Translations under genes and position numbers: made by a program
Part shown: positions 47,019 to 57,479 of the stretch, in pieces
Layout: every line of letters starts with the position of its first letter
Position numbering within the stretch: position 1 is the stretch's first letter
Notes under the pieces: generated by a model
What the model was told of the DNA's origin: nothing
The model's input: only the letters and a program-made list of their open reading frames with translations
Databases searched by the model: none
Source of the DNA: a virus
Taxonomy: Duplodnaviria > Caudoviricetes
IMG/VR virus record: IMGVR_UViG_2744054517_000003
Location: 32,001 to 96,000 of that record
Length of the DNA stretch: 64,000 nucleotides
Reading direction: 5' to 3' (one strand)

Positions 47019-47486
47019 TTAGGCTCCCAATGTAGGGGCGGTAAAGCTATCTTGAATATCCACATCATCAAAAGTAAAGTCGATATCCTCATCCAATACT
47101 TCGGAATCGGTATCGACTTTAGCCATAATGACACTATCCAGATTTACACCTTTGAGAATTACTGTTTGTTGCCCGATAGAAGACGATGGATCGTCGTTTA
47201 CCACCATGATGTCGAAGTAGGTATCAACGCCTTCTTTGATGTATTTAAGCATCAATTGACGGAAACGAGTTGTTGTATAGTAGACCGTCATACTACCGGA
47301 ACCACTCCAGCCGTTGGCCTTATGTTGGGTACCACGCTTTCCTAGGGTTTTAACATCGGTTTTTTCTTTTTCCACTGTTGCTTCCAACGACTTAATGTAG
47401 AACATTTCTTCCACATCGCCGTCAATCGTAGCGTATGCCCGGCCCTCTTGGCCGGAAATGGTATCTTTCGCTTTTAACCATGCCAT
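47019..47486 (-). CDS. Tail tube protein XkdM-like
   Basis: ISGQEG.AY...DPSS..G.Q...L. Confidence 0.9.
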   Translation of the reverse strand: MAWLKAKDTISGQEGRAYATIDGDVEEMFYIKSLEATVEKEKTDVKTLGKRGTQHKANGWSGSGSMTVYYTTTRFRQLMLKYIKEGVDTYFDIMVVNDDPSSSIGQQTVILKGVNLDSVIMAKVDTDSEVLDEDIDFTFDDVDIQDSFTAPTLGA

Positions 47487-47487
47487 A

Positions 47488-48813
47488 TTATCTCACCCGC
47501 ACTTCCAAGTAGATTTTTTCTGCTGCGTCTACTGGCTTAACTCCCGTGTTTACCAATACCGCGTCTTTATCTTCGCCGGCAGTTACTACGAAATCTGTTT
47601 GAGAGTTGAAGTCTTCAATTGCATTGATACTTTGCAATAACTCCATGTACGAAATACCTTCTTTTTTGAAGATATTCCGCCCGTCTACATTGTTATCAAC
47701 CTTGCCGATGTAGGAATTCTCGAAAACCTTCTTAAGGTCATTACCGATGCTATCAAGTACACGGATAACACGATTCTTCGATCGTTCTTTCCCTTTCTTA
47801 GGAACATAACTACGGAACGTATTAATGTCCTGCTCCACAATGGCTCTGTCATTGCTAAAACTGAATACGAATTCGCCGTTTTGCAAAGCAGCGACTGTTT
47901 CGGAATTTGTCAGTCGTACATCAACATCGACTGCATCGTCGTATGCCGTATAGGTGAGAGATTGGTTCACCAGTGCCGCCGCAGTTGCAGCAGCAACCCA
48001 TGCCACCACGTTAACTTTGTCGATCACCGTGCCGTCAGACAAAACCACGCCGTTCCTAGTGCTTATTACACCTTCGTAGTCAGCAGTAGGATAGTCAGAG
48101 AGAACAACTTGTACATAACGTCCCTCTGACTCTCTCAAGCGCTTCACAAAGGATACATAAACAGACTTGAGCGTCGGGTCAGTAGAAACAACACCGATAG
48201 TATTAAAACTTTGAGTTTCAACCGCTGTTAAGAAGTCATTGTGATCAGTGTTGGTTACAGTTCCGTTCGCTCCTCCCGTAAGCGGAGCGCCGGCCGTGGC
48301 TGCCAGTGTTTTATCTGTTGCGGCTGCTTTGAAAGATACCCAATCATTTGCAACAAGTCCGTCAATGTTCGTGACCTTCTGCGTTTCTACTTCCCGACCC
48401 TCAACTAATGTCCGAACATTGAAATTTGAAGGTGTGTCAATGTCAGCCTGAATCACAATGGAAATATCGTTGCCCCGTACGCCGCCATATTTAGCCGTGA
48501 TGACTAAATTACCGCTGGTAACCGTAGCCTTTGTTCCTTCGTTGAGTTTGTACACAAGAAGTTTAGAAGCTCGTTTCAGCGCTTCTTTAACAAGCAGCAG
48601 ACTTGGGTGAGTGATGTCATAGCCCAACACCTTGGACACATCATCGCCTGCATTAATGGTAATAATCTGCTTTGCCGCGCCCCACGGAAGCATCAGGGGC
48701 AAAGCTACCGTACCGCGCTCCCCAAGTGAGCTGAGTGATTTCGGGTCAGAAACAATATTAATGTATACGCCCGGTCTGACTTTATTTTGGGTAACCCATG
48801 TACCACCTGGCAT
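47488..48813 (-). CDS. Tail sheath protein XkdK-like
   Basis: GGTW..QNKVRPGVYIN; KNRVIRVLD. Confidence 0.95.
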   Translation of the reverse strand: MPGGTWVTQNKVRPGVYINIVSDPKSLSSLGERGTVALPLMLPWGAAKQIITINAGDDVSKVLGYDITHPSLLLVKEALKRASKLLVYKLNEGTKATVTSGNLVITAKYGGVRGNDISIVIQADIDTPSNFNVRTLVEGREVETQKVTNIDGLVANDWVSFKAAATDKTLAATAGAPLTGGANGTVTNTDHNDFLTAVETQSFNTIGVVSTDPTLKSVYVSFVKRLRESEGRYVQVVLSDYPTADYEGVISTRNGVVLSDGTVIDKVNVVAWVAAATAAALVNQSLTYTAYDDAVDVDVRLTNSETVAALQNGEFVFSFSNDRAIVEQDINTFRSYVPKKGKERSKNRVIRVLDSIGNDLKKVFENSYIGKVDNNVDGRNIFKKEGISYMELLQSINAIEDFNSQTDFVVTAGEDKDAVLVNTGVKPVDAAEKIYLEVRVR

Positions 48814-49055
48814 TATTTAGCCTCCTTTGCGTTAAAATCCGCCAGAAGGTTCTTAGCCTCACTGACTGTGTATGTTCGTTCTGACTGTAGCAAAGCGCTC
48901 AGGAAGTCCTTTTCGATGTTCGTAAATTGCTGTGAATCCTGGAATTGTTCTTTGGCAAAACGGGGTTCTACCGAAGCTGTGGACGTTGCTGCCTCTTTCT
49001 TCGTAGGCGCTGCCGCAGGCGTTGTCTCGGTTTCTGTTTCTTGGTTATCAGCCAC
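48813..49055 (-). CDS. Hypothetical phage protein
   Basis: Coupled to the sheath gene. Confidence 0.65.
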   Translation of the reverse strand: MADNQETETETTPAAAPTKKEAATSTASVEPRFAKEQFQDSQQFTNIEKDFLSALLQSERTYTVSEAKNLLADFNAKEAK

Positions 49056-49473
49056 GTATACCAGCCTCCTGTTTTAAAGTTCTCATTTTTGTTTCTGGTC
49101 CCTTTGGACGCATAAGATGAACATTGACGTCAATAAAGAAATGCAACACATCATCAACAATCTGGTGTTTCATCCCTACCGCCCTGTACATGGTGCCTTC
49201 CCACTGGATGTACTCCAGTTCCTCGTACAGTTGGTCAGCAACCGTTTCACATTCACGACGCTTCTCCGGGTTATCAGGGTCCGGAAAATAATGAATATCA
49301 TAGTTGTCCACCCTCATGTAGCGGCGACCAAATTCCCGGTCTTGCGAACCGTTTATAAGCAGCACAAAAAAGCACGGCTCGTCGAAACCCTGCTCTATAC
49401 GTTCGTCGTATGCTTTCACACCTGTTTGAAAGGATGAAAGATACTTTCGTATTCCGTTTTTTACATCTTCCAT
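49048..49473 (-). CDS. Tail terminator (XkdJ-like)
   Basis: YDE.IEQGF.EPCFF; VDDVLHF. Confidence 0.8.
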   Translation of the reverse strand: MEDVKNGIRKYLSSFQTGVKAYDERIEQGFDEPCFFVLLINGSQDREFGRRYMRVDNYDIHYFPDPDNPEKRRECETVADQLYEELEYIQWEGTMYRAVGMKHQIVDDVLHFFIDVNVHLMRPKGPETKMRTLKQEAGIRG

Positions 49474-49477
49474 TGCA

Positions 49478-49879
49478 TCACCTCAGGTGGTCTTCCATAA
49501 ATCGTTTCAGCTTGCGGTCCATGAGCGCAGGCAATTCACGCTCCAGTTCTCGTTCAGAGATGGTGAGCATGAACCTACCTTCCACCCAACCCGTGTGCAG
49601 CCGTGTACGGTGCCCATATTCCACATAAGGCGCATATTCGATAGGGTTAAATAGTTCTATGCTGTAGCCACCGCCCACGCGCTCCACAGGGCCTAACTGC
49701 CAGTTACGTCGGAGCATTCCCGTATCTACAGGAGTCCTCGCCACCGTTTTAGCCAGGAGCCTACTAGCAAGCTCTCTTATGCAGTCCTCCACAAAGCGAG
49801 GATAGTCGGCTTGCATCTTTCGCAGGCTCTTGCCCAGTTGCTCAAACTCGCTAAAATCGAACTCAGCAAAGCCGCTCAT
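49478..49879 (-). CDS. HK97 gp10-family neck protein
   Basis: TPVDTG.LR..W; YA.YVEYGHR. Confidence 0.9.
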   Translation of the reverse strand: MSGFAEFDFSEFEQLGKSLRKMQADYPRFVEDCIRELASRLLAKTVARTPVDTGMLRRNWQLGPVERVGGGYSIELFNPIEYAPYVEYGHRTRLHTGWVEGRFMLTISERELERELPALMDRKLKRFMEDHLR

Positions 49880-50247
49880 GCTTTACCGACCCGCTTCATC
49901 TTGATTTCTTGATGCGTTGGGTAAATGAAAGGCTCGCCCGATTGCTGAAATTCATAGCTCATACCGTCCTGCGTGATAAAAATACGACTTCCGGACGGAA
50001 TAACAATATCAGGCGTAATGAATAGCTTCCCATCATATGCGACATCATTGTTCGTGTCCGTTTGTGCTGCGCTTGGCAAGGATGCTTGAGATAATGCACA
50101 CGGCTGGTTGTCGAATATAACGCCCTTTGTGGGTCGTTCTACGCCTGTTACGGGGTCTTTGCGGGTTGTCTGTCCTTCTACCCGACAAACGCCCGTATAG
50201 GTTATTTCAAGCAACCTGCGTTCTGTTATTGGATTGCCCAGTTGCAT
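49876..50247 (-). CDS. Head closure protein
   Basis: PCALS...KLF..P...THQE; gene position. Confidence 0.75.
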   Translation of the reverse strand: MQLGNPITERRLLEITYTGVCRVEGQTTRKDPVTGVERPTKGVIFDNQPCALSQASLPSAAQTDTNNDVAYDGKLFITPDIVIPSGSRIFITQDGMSYEFQQSGEPFIYPTHQEIKMKRVGKA

Positions 50248-50248
50248 G

Positions 50249-50632
50249 CTACCACCTCAATCTACGGAATGCATTAAGCTGTGCGCCATATGCCTTAATA
50301 AAGGCGGTACCCTCAACGCCCAGCTTAGCATCCGCAAAGAATGTGAATTGCACGTCACCGCGCTTGATGCTCTGGACGTTCTTTTCACCTTCACCAGCTG
50401 CAGCCGGAGCTACAAACTGGTTGAGGTAATAGTCCTTTGCAATCAGCAGCATCGTATTTTCTAGTTGCTCCGGTATGTCGGATATATTGCAGTAGTTTTT
50501 GATGCCATCAATCGTAAAGTTGAGGGCAAAAGACAACTGCACATCCTTATCTGTTTCGGTGACTGGCAGGCCCAGTAGAACCTTAAGCTTAGTCAGCAAT
50601 GCTTCAAGACGCTTCGGGTCCATATTACTCAC
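50249..50632 (-). CDS. Head-tail connector protein
   Basis: IKNYCN...IP..L; SIKRGD; LN.FRR. Confidence 0.8.
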   Translation of the reverse strand: MSNMDPKRLEALLTKLKVLLGLPVTETDKDVQLSFALNFTIDGIKNYCNISDIPEQLENTMLLIAKDYYLNQFVAPAAAGEGEKNVQSIKRGDVQFTFFADAKLGVEGTAFIKAYGAQLNAFRRLRW

Positions 50633-50636
50633 CAGC

Positions 50637-50831
50637 CTATTCAGTTTTATTTGCGGTGTCCGCTTCGGCTTTATTTGTGCTGTCCGCTTTCTTTGCTGGT
50701 GTTACTTCTTCAAGCACGCCTTTTTCAACTAGTTTGGCTCCATACTTATCATCAAGATCGATTTCGCCAGAATTCACAATAACCCCGGCTTGGATCACCG
50801 GGGATAGTACCTTATACTTTTGTTTTGCCAT
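50637..50831 (-). CDS. Small head-associated protein
   Basis: 64 aa after the MCP. Confidence 0.6.
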   Translation of the reverse strand: MAKQKYKVLSPVIQAGVIVNSGEIDLDDKYGAKLVEKGVLEEVTPAKKADSTNKAEADTANKTE

Positions 50832-50848
50832 GATCTAAGTTCCTCCTA

Positions 50849-51838
50849 TTAAACCGACAAGCGGTAGATTTGGGATGGTTTTTGTACAGCTACAAAAGCA
50901 GATTCACCAACGTATACCTCTTCGGATGGCGGTGGGCCTTCTTTAACGATAGGCAGTACATAGATTCCTGGTTCAAAGTTCTTTTCAATTGTTGGTCCTT
51001 GCACCGTGATGATAGGTTGTTCACCCAGTAATGCAACTGTACGAGCTTCGAGCAACCGCGCAGGCGCCGCCCCTTCCAAAGAAACCACATCGTCATTCAC
51101 TCGAATCGTAATTGGAGCGTCAGCGATTTGTGTGATGAGGCCTTCTACTTGCTCCCGGGTAGGCAACATAGCGCTGTTAACACCGAACAACGCGCCTCTT
51201 GTCTGAGCGTTAAGAGTCAGATCAAGCATAACGTCACCCGAAATGTCGATATAGCGCGGCGCTTGGCCTGCGTTAGCGTCTTTGTACGCCTTAATAGCAA
51301 CTCGTAAATCATCCAGCGGCGTAGAAGCAGCACGATCCGACCATAGAACTGTCGGCGTTACCTTAGCCGTCAGGCCAAAGTTTACATTAATCTGCACATC
51401 ATTTTTGTTATACACGATAACCCCGTTGTAAACAGCCTGCGCTCTCAACCATTCCTCAGTATCGTTCACACCTTCGATCAAGCGATCTGTTTGGTCGTAG
51501 ATACGTTGGATTGCTCTTTGACGTTCATTTTCAACACGCGGATTAGTAAACTTGAGTTGTTCACGCTCGTCCAAGCGGAAGCCGTGTTGAATCTTAGCAA
51601 CCTCTTGGGTGAGTGTTTTTAACCCTTGTTTGTCTCGTAGCGGAGCACCTGAGTTCCATCCAGTAATGGAGGCGCTTGGTGCATAGGTTTGTGTAAATAC
51701 GTCGTAGTCAAACGTCAAATCGTAGCTCGTATCAGTAGCACTGATTGCTTTAAGAAGATACTGTTTTGGTATAAGCCGGTTCTCAACATACCCCATGAAT
51801 TCTGGCTGTTTAAATTGATCTAATGAAAGAATACCCAT
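50849..51838 (-). CDS. Major capsid protein (phage cap E-like)
   Basis: EWLRAQA..G, W.....TPL.DL; position after the decoration gene. Confidence 0.85.
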   Translation of the reverse strand: MGILSLDQFKQPEFMGYVENRLIPKQYLLKAISATDTSYDLTFDYDVFTQTYAPSASITGWNSGAPLRDKQGLKTLTQEVAKIQHGFRLDEREQLKFTNPRVENERQRAIQRIYDQTDRLIEGVNDTEEWLRAQAVYNGVIVYNKNDVQINVNFGLTAKVTPTVLWSDRAASTPLDDLRVAIKAYKDANAGQAPRYIDISGDVMLDLTLNAQTRGALFGVNSAMLPTREQVEGLITQIADAPITIRVNDDVVSLEGAAPARLLEARTVALLGEQPIITVQGPTIEKNFEPGIYVLPIVKEGPPPSEEVYVGESAFVAVQKPSQIYRLSV

Positions 51839-51867
51839 TTATATATTCCCCTTCCCTTATCCCTTTT

Positions 51868-52224
51868 TTAGTAGTAACGGTAACGTCCGCCTGCCGCTGT
51901 TTTAAATGCTGCTGTAACTCCTGTAAGTTTGCTTTCCACAACCAAGGCTTCTGCCCATGCACCAACGATAACGTTCTGCGTGGTTGCATCGCCTGTAAAT
52001 ACGTCATGGCTCGTCAGGTACACCTTGCCTGTGTCTGCGTCCGCAAATGGTTTAGCCAGCCCGTTAGCTTGAATGCTCACCGCCGTACCAGCCGGTACAA
52101 GTGTATTTACAGCAAACTTAGTGCCATCCAATGTAACCCCACCGATCTTTTCAATGGAGCCCTTCACTGTATAAAGGATTTCCTTCTGTGATCCATACTC
52201 TTTAACACGTGGATTCAAATTCAT
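51868..52224 (-). CDS. Head decoration protein
   Basis: VTLD...PAGT; between scaffold and MCP. Confidence 0.7.
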   Translation of the reverse strand: MNLNPRVKEYGSQKEILYTVKGSIEKIGGVTLDGTKFAVNTLVPAGTAVSIQANGLAKPFADADTGKVYLTSHDVFTGDATTQNVIVGAWAEALVVESKLTGVTAAFKTAAGGRYRYY

Positions 52225-52829
52225 TATTTTTCACTCCCATTTCTTTGCTCGGCAATAGACTTGCCTGCGTCATAACCCTTCAATGGTGCTGGTGGGTTGC
52301 CTGCGCCCGCACCTTCTGCTGGTTTAGCACCTTTGAAAGTCGGTTGCGTATTGCCTTCCTCTTTTTGCACAAACAAAAAGCCCTTGCTTTCGCGTAGGCC
52401 AGTGAGTTGGTCGTCTAAGCCACCTTTTACAGCGCCGTTGTCGTCCAGTTCGATTATTGTTTTGTCCAGCAGTCCAGCCACAATATCAGGATCGTGCGCC
52501 TGACCGCTTAGAGCCATCTTAAGCGCAGTGTTCATTCGCAGTTCCTTCATATCAGCTTCGTACTTGTCGGTAGCCGCTTTATTGTCCGCCTGAAGCTTTG
52601 TAATCTGATCCTGTAGCGCTGGCACATCCCCTGCCGCCTTCTGCAAATCGGTCAGTTGCTTATCACGTTCCTTCAAATCACCTTCAAGCTGCTTTTTAGC
52701 ATCATTTATTTCATCAAATCGATGCTTAGGCACATATCCGGTGTACTTTTCCTCAACCCCCTTTGTGATAGCATCAATTTTGTCCGCTGGTACGCCTTGA
52801 CCCTCCAGCAATACTCTTAACCATTCCAT
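52224..52829 (-). CDS. Capsid scaffolding protein (GP20 family)
   Basis: YVPK.RFDE.N; GLDDQL..L.ES..FLF. Confidence 0.85.
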   Translation of the reverse strand: MEWLRVLLEGQGVPADKIDAITKGVEEKYTGYVPKHRFDEINDAKKQLEGDLKERDKQLTDLQKAAGDVPALQDQITKLQADNKAATDKYEADMKELRMNTALKMALSGQAHDPDIVAGLLDKTIIELDDNGAVKGGLDDQLTGLRESKGFLFVQKEEGNTQPTFKGAKPAEGAGAGNPPAPLKGYDAGKSIAEQRNGSEK

Positions 52830-52958
52830 ATATACCGCTCCTTCATCTTCGTTTTTTAACCTGGTCTCGACCAGTGATGTCTTGTGTTTTGCGCCCACAA
52901 TACCAAACGGCGATAGGCAAAATAAAAAGCCTGCTGCATCTAAATGTGCAATCAGGCT

Positions 52959-53111
52959 TTAATCCTTACTATTTTGTTTTTCAAATGGTTCTTTGACTTG
53001 CCTTAGCATGTCAGCAGCTATTTCTTTAGGCGATTTAGTAAAATCCAGCTTCAGCGGCGTATCATCGATTAAACCGATAGTCCGCTTTGGCTGCTTGGAA
53101 GTCTTCGACAT
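52959..53111 (-). CDS. 50-aa protein overlapping the MuF end, putative immunity
   Basis: MSKTSKQPKRTIGLIDDTPLKLDF...; start inside the MuF 3' end. Confidence 0.45.
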   Translation of the reverse strand: MSKTSKQPKRTIGLIDDTPLKLDFTKSPKEIAADMLRQVKEPFEKQNSKD

Positions 53112-54759
53112 ACGTCCACCCCAGTTCTTTAATGATTAGTCGCAACCACAGATAATCCATATACTCATTCTTGGCTGTTTCTGACATTGTAGCATAGTTC
53201 TCGCTGCTTTGTAACTGCTCAAGAGCAGTCATAGCAGTGGATTCCAGCACATTGTTAAACACAAGCAGATCCGATGATTTACCATTGGATGATACTCCGC
53301 TTACTCCGCCATCATGCCCAACTGCTAGCAGGCTAGATATAGCCGGATAAATCGCCATGTTGCGTATATCTTTAACGTTTACCCTTGTCCCTCTCGGGTG
53401 GTTGTGAGTCAGGATCACGCTATTCGGTGGCGCTTTGATAAGTGATTCATGTATCTCAGGTGTGAATGTAACTTTGTTTATGATGCCATCAGCTCTGCCG
53501 ATTTTCTTGCCTGCGGTCTGATCCATAATGACCATGATTTCTTTGCCTGCCTTGTGACCTTCCCGGGCAAGACTGCGGTTAACGTCAGCCAACTTTTCCA
53601 ATACCGGTTCAGACACATTAGGTAGATCAACATGGTAAGAAGCTTTAGGATTGTACTTCCGATTAAAACTTCCCCCAGGTTCTTCAACCTCAGGATCTGG
53701 CACGTTGCTTTCTGTGGGTTCACTCGGTGCGTTCGGCTTAACATATTCCTTTTCCCATTGCTCATAGGTAATGTCACCGGGTACCGCTTGGTTCTTTCCA
53801 TCTTCATCCCGAGCTATTCGCTCCTGAACATTGTCCTCGTAATGAGGAATCGTAGTGGACCGACAATAAGCATGTAGCGGCGGGTAAGTAACTCCTACCT
53901 CAGCCTCGGACAATGCAAATACCTCTCCATCCATGTGCCGACAAATACTTGATGTGCGCTTATCCAGCGTAGCCGTAAACTTGTATTGCTCTACGCCTAA
54001 CTCTTTGTATGCATCCATACGGGATTGACCAGCAAAATAAGCTGATTCCGTTTGAATGATTCGTGCTGCAGCTGATCGTGAAACGCCCATACGGTCAGAT
54101 AAGGCATTAATCATCTTATCCGGTGTATCTCCGCGTATCATGCCCTGAGTGAGCACCGTTTGAAGCTCATGGACCAACTTGTCGCGGTCTTTCCAGATCC
54201 GTGCAGAGAAGTTTGATCCATCCGCCGCCCACGGTTTACTTAAAACTGCTTCAATCTGTCGCTTGTCCAACTTAGAGAAAGTGGCGCCCAACCCTGTACC
54301 CTTGTGTAGTTCAAATACAGAATGATAGTATCCATCCTTGTATATGTCGCCCATAAGCTTTTTAGCGCCTGCCTGACGCTTTCCGGTTAGGACTTCGACA
54401 TGTTGGCGCATCTGCATCTGTAGAGCCTCTAAGCGAGTCATACGCACTCTTATGGATGCATTCTCAAGTTCTTTCATCCACCGCTGATCAACGGCGTTTT
54501 CTCGCCCTGCCTTGATGTAATCTTCAACAGTCCACTTAAACTCTTTGAGCTCCCCAGCTTTGAGCACTTGCCGCGCTTCTGCTAGACTGATCTCGTTATT
54601 CTTAGCGAAACGTTGGTAGAACACGTCAATATCCTTTTGGATGGATGCGTTAGCCTTTGCATACTCCAGTTGCATCTTCTTAACGTAGGCATCACCCTTA
54701 CCTAGCTGCGCCTCATTGAGGGCATCCATACGACCTGACCAGTATTCCTCGGACCTCAT
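53062..54759 (-). CDS. Minor capsid protein (MuF/SPP1 gp7) with C-terminal JAB-like domain
   Basis: ATLD.RTS.IC...PPLH.YCRST; C-terminal THNHP...D. Confidence 0.85.
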   Translation of the reverse strand: MRSEEYWSGRMDALNEAQLGKGDAYVKKMQLEYAKANASIQKDIDVFYQRFAKNNEISLAEARQVLKAGELKEFKWTVEDYIKAGRENAVDQRWMKELENASIRVRMTRLEALQMQMRQHVEVLTGKRQAGAKKLMGDIYKDGYYHSVFELHKGTGLGATFSKLDKRQIEAVLSKPWAADGSNFSARIWKDRDKLVHELQTVLTQGMIRGDTPDKMINALSDRMGVSRSAAARIIQTESAYFAGQSRMDAYKELGVEQYKFTATLDKRTSSICRHMDGEVFALSEAEVGVTYPPLHAYCRSTTIPHYEDNVQERIARDEDGKNQAVPGDITYEQWEKEYVKPNAPSEPTESNVPDPEVEEPGGSFNRKYNPKASYHVDLPNVSEPVLEKLADVNRSLAREGHKAGKEIMVIMDQTAGKKIGRADGIINKVTFTPEIHESLIKAPPNSVILTHNHPRGTRVNVKDIRNMAIYPAISSLLAVGHDGGVSGVSSNGKSSDLLVFNNVLESTAMTALEQLQSSENYATMSETAKNEYMDYLWLRLIIKELGWTYVEDFQAAKADYRFNR

Positions 54760-56228
54760 GACTGTTCATCCTGTTTCGGGTCTGTTTCAGGGGGATTACC
54801 ACCTGTGCCGCCGTATGGTTGGTCTGGACTATTACCAATCGGCTCGGATTCTTCCTCTTTTTTTCTTTCCATTTCTTCCTGCGTGTTGGTGGTCCAAGGA
54901 TGATTGGCAACAATCGTTTCCATAGATTCAATCCCCACACTGTTTTTAGCATTTGTTATCGCTTCTGTTTCGTTAATAAGGACATCTCGGTTAAATATGA
55001 AATCTACTTCATATTTTGAATAGTCATTGCCTGTCGTGTTGGCAAGATGCTGGTCTACAAACCACAAAAGCTGTTCCATAGAAGCTTGAAACTCCGTCTC
55101 TATGGTGTTTGCATCCATATCAAGGTCATTATAGGCGAACTTGATGGCTTGTCCTGATTTGTCCCCTTTAAAGTCTTCCGATTGAGTATCCATACCACGG
55201 CCAAACTCATATATCGCCTTTCGCAGCATAGTTATGTGATTAACAAACGCTTCTGTATCAATGTCAAGACTGAGCGTATCTACACCGCCCGGATCCCTTA
55301 CCTTTATCACACGTAACTGAGACATATTCCGGCGCATTTCTCCCACATCTGTGCCGTCATAATTCTTAATAACGTAGATACTGTTTGGCAGGTCTTCGAG
55401 GTTATTGGCGTTCTCGCTCATGCGTTTGTCGTAATCGTCCACCAGTGTTTTTAGGATCTCAACCAGCGGCATTTCCTCATCGTTATACTTAAATGGGACG
55501 AAGGGCACGCGCTCCCAGTTCAATTTCTCCTGACCGCTCTTCGTTTGCGCCGTGAAGTGCTCTTTTAATTCCTCGTAAAGCATAAGATCGGGGCTAATTG
55601 TAGTATCCTGTACCCACTTCATCACACCGTCAGTATCCCATAGTTCTACAATATGGACAGTCTTTTTCGTCTTGGCTTCATAGACTTCCATCGGATAGAA
55701 TCGAATCATCTTGTCTAGCTCCGTATGGGCACCATCTTTCCACAGCGGTACACATTGTTCTGACGGAATCACCTTAAAGCCCAACTCACCTTTTTCGGAA
55801 TAGTAGACTTGCAGCCAGCCGATACCTTTATTAATAGCGTTTTTCCCAAGATTCTTGAGTTGTCGCAAGAATGGTTTGCCAAAGAAACTATCTAGTTGTT
55901 CTTTGTATTCGTCCGGGCCATCTGTTTGCATGCTGATAGGCTTAGATAATAAATAACCAGTCTTTTGGTCAACCAGCTTACGAACGAATCCATGGACCAA
56001 TTTGTTGTTAGCTAGATTTTTAACCTCGATCTGCGCGCCGCCCTCTCCAATGATATACCGCTTGTGTTTAAGAATCTCTGTCTGATTACGGTAGTAAGCT
56101 TCCCCGGTCAGCATCCATTCATAACGTTTGGACCGCTTGAAGTCGTTAACCTCTTGCTGCGCTATCTCCCGATTAGTCATAGGAGCATTCTTATCGAGGT
56201 TGTACATTATTTCTTCTGCTAATGTCAT
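54756..56228 (-). CDS. Portal protein, SPP1 family
   Basis: LVDQK.GYL; VPFVPFK.N; SG.AIKF. Confidence 0.95.
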   Translation of the reverse strand: MTLAEEIMYNLDKNAPMTNREIAQQEVNDFKRSKRYEWMLTGEAYYRNQTEILKHKRYIIGEGGAQIEVKNLANNKLVHGFVRKLVDQKTGYLLSKPISMQTDGPDEYKEQLDSFFGKPFLRQLKNLGKNAINKGIGWLQVYYSEKGELGFKVIPSEQCVPLWKDGAHTELDKMIRFYPMEVYEAKTKKTVHIVELWDTDGVMKWVQDTTISPDLMLYEELKEHFTAQTKSGQEKLNWERVPFVPFKYNDEEMPLVEILKTLVDDYDKRMSENANNLEDLPNSIYVIKNYDGTDVGEMRRNMSQLRVIKVRDPGGVDTLSLDIDTEAFVNHITMLRKAIYEFGRGMDTQSEDFKGDKSGQAIKFAYNDLDMDANTIETEFQASMEQLLWFVDQHLANTTGNDYSKYEVDFIFNRDVLINETEAITNAKNSVGIESMETIVANHPWTTNTQEEMERKKEEESEPIGNSPDQPYGGTGGNPPETDPKQDEQS

Positions 56229-56243
56229 AGTGTCCTCCTTCCT

Positions 56244-57479
56244 CTAAAACTCAAATGTAGGACCTTTACGCATTCCCTCTACGGCATAACGAAGAGCAGC
56301 CATTGCGTCGTCAAAAAAGTTGATCGGTTCATCTGTATAGGTGTTTGTCTTAGGATCATGTTTCCACTTCCACTGCTGCATTTCCTTAATCGTGTTCGAG
56401 CAGCTTGGATGGATGTGTATCTTATGTTTTTTGAGCCAGTCAATTTGAGCGTTTACGCTACCTGGTTCCTTAACTACGGCACTAGCCTTGTACCCCGCAT
56501 TACGCCATGTCTTGATGCGGTCAGGCTCAGCAGAATCGCAATACATTGGTATCCGCTTATCCAACTTCCCGTCAGCTAAGGCTATGATTTCGCCCGTATC
56601 TTTCTCATGTACATATATTTCGTTGCAAATAAAAATCTCACCATCTTTGAATCCGACAGTGAGAATCGCGTTCGCATGATTGAAACCAAAGTCCTGCCCG
56701 AATGTCATGCTATCGAACATGGCGAACGATGTATCAAAATCATGCACTGTATAGTTAGACAAGATTGTTCCCCCTAATTCACCCCATTCACCAAGACCAT
56801 ATATTTTATAACCGTCTGGGTCCCGTTCTTTACGGAGCATCATACGGCGGTGGTAAGCATCATCGATGAAACGGTTCATCAGGTACGTGCTATGATTCGT
56901 TATGATATCCTCATGCTCAGTGTCAAAGTATTTTCCCTTGATCCAGTGAGTGGCGGAAACCGGGTTAAATGTGAAAGTCATCTGATAATACAGATTCGGG
57001 TTATCCAATATCCCCCGAAGCCGGTCATCAAGTATATCAATGTCTGATTCTTGGAGCTCCGTGGCTTCCTCTACCCATATCCACGTCAGCTTACCATGAG
57101 CAAAGTTGATTGATTTGAGCTTTTCCCGGTCCCGCGCATCGTTCACGCCACGGAAAATAACCTCATTCCCGGTTGATTTATGCTTTATACTCAAACGCGA
57201 TTGCGGCATATCCCAATAATCATCCACTTGGTCGCCATAGATGCGATTAATTGCAGCCTGTAATTCGGCGTATGTGCTGTTTCGGTTAGTATCATTAACC
57301 TTACGGATACAAAGAAGGTTAGCGCCCTTATATCGCGAATCTGACAGTTTGATAACGAAGTCTTGAGCCACGTTTACGGACTTGCCAGAACCAGCAGAGC
57401 CTTTGAATACTCTGTAACGCTTTTGAGTGAAGTTCATTTCCTTGAAATTCGGATTGAACGATACGGTTACGGCAGTCAT
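56244..57479 (-). CDS. terL: Large terminase, PBSX family
   Basis: GSAGSGKS, WVEEA, DFG, CDSAEP, DAMAALRY. Confidence 0.95.
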   Translation of the reverse strand: MTAVTVSFNPNFKEMNFTQKRYRVFKGSAGSGKSVNVAQDFVIKLSDSRYKGANLLCIRKVNDTNRNSTYAELQAAINRIYGDQVDDYWDMPQSRLSIKHKSTGNEVIFRGVNDARDREKLKSINFAHGKLTWIWVEEATELQESDIDILDDRLRGILDNPNLYYQMTFTFNPVSATHWIKGKYFDTEHEDIITNHSTYLMNRFIDDAYHRRMMLRKERDPDGYKIYGLGEWGELGGTILSNYTVHDFDTSFAMFDSMTFGQDFGFNHANAILTVGFKDGEIFICNEIYVHEKDTGEIIALADGKLDKRIPMYCDSAEPDRIKTWRNAGYKASAVVKEPGSVNAQIDWLKKHKIHIHPSCSNTIKEMQQWKWKHDPKTNTYTDEPINFFDDAMAALRYAVEGMRKGPTFEF

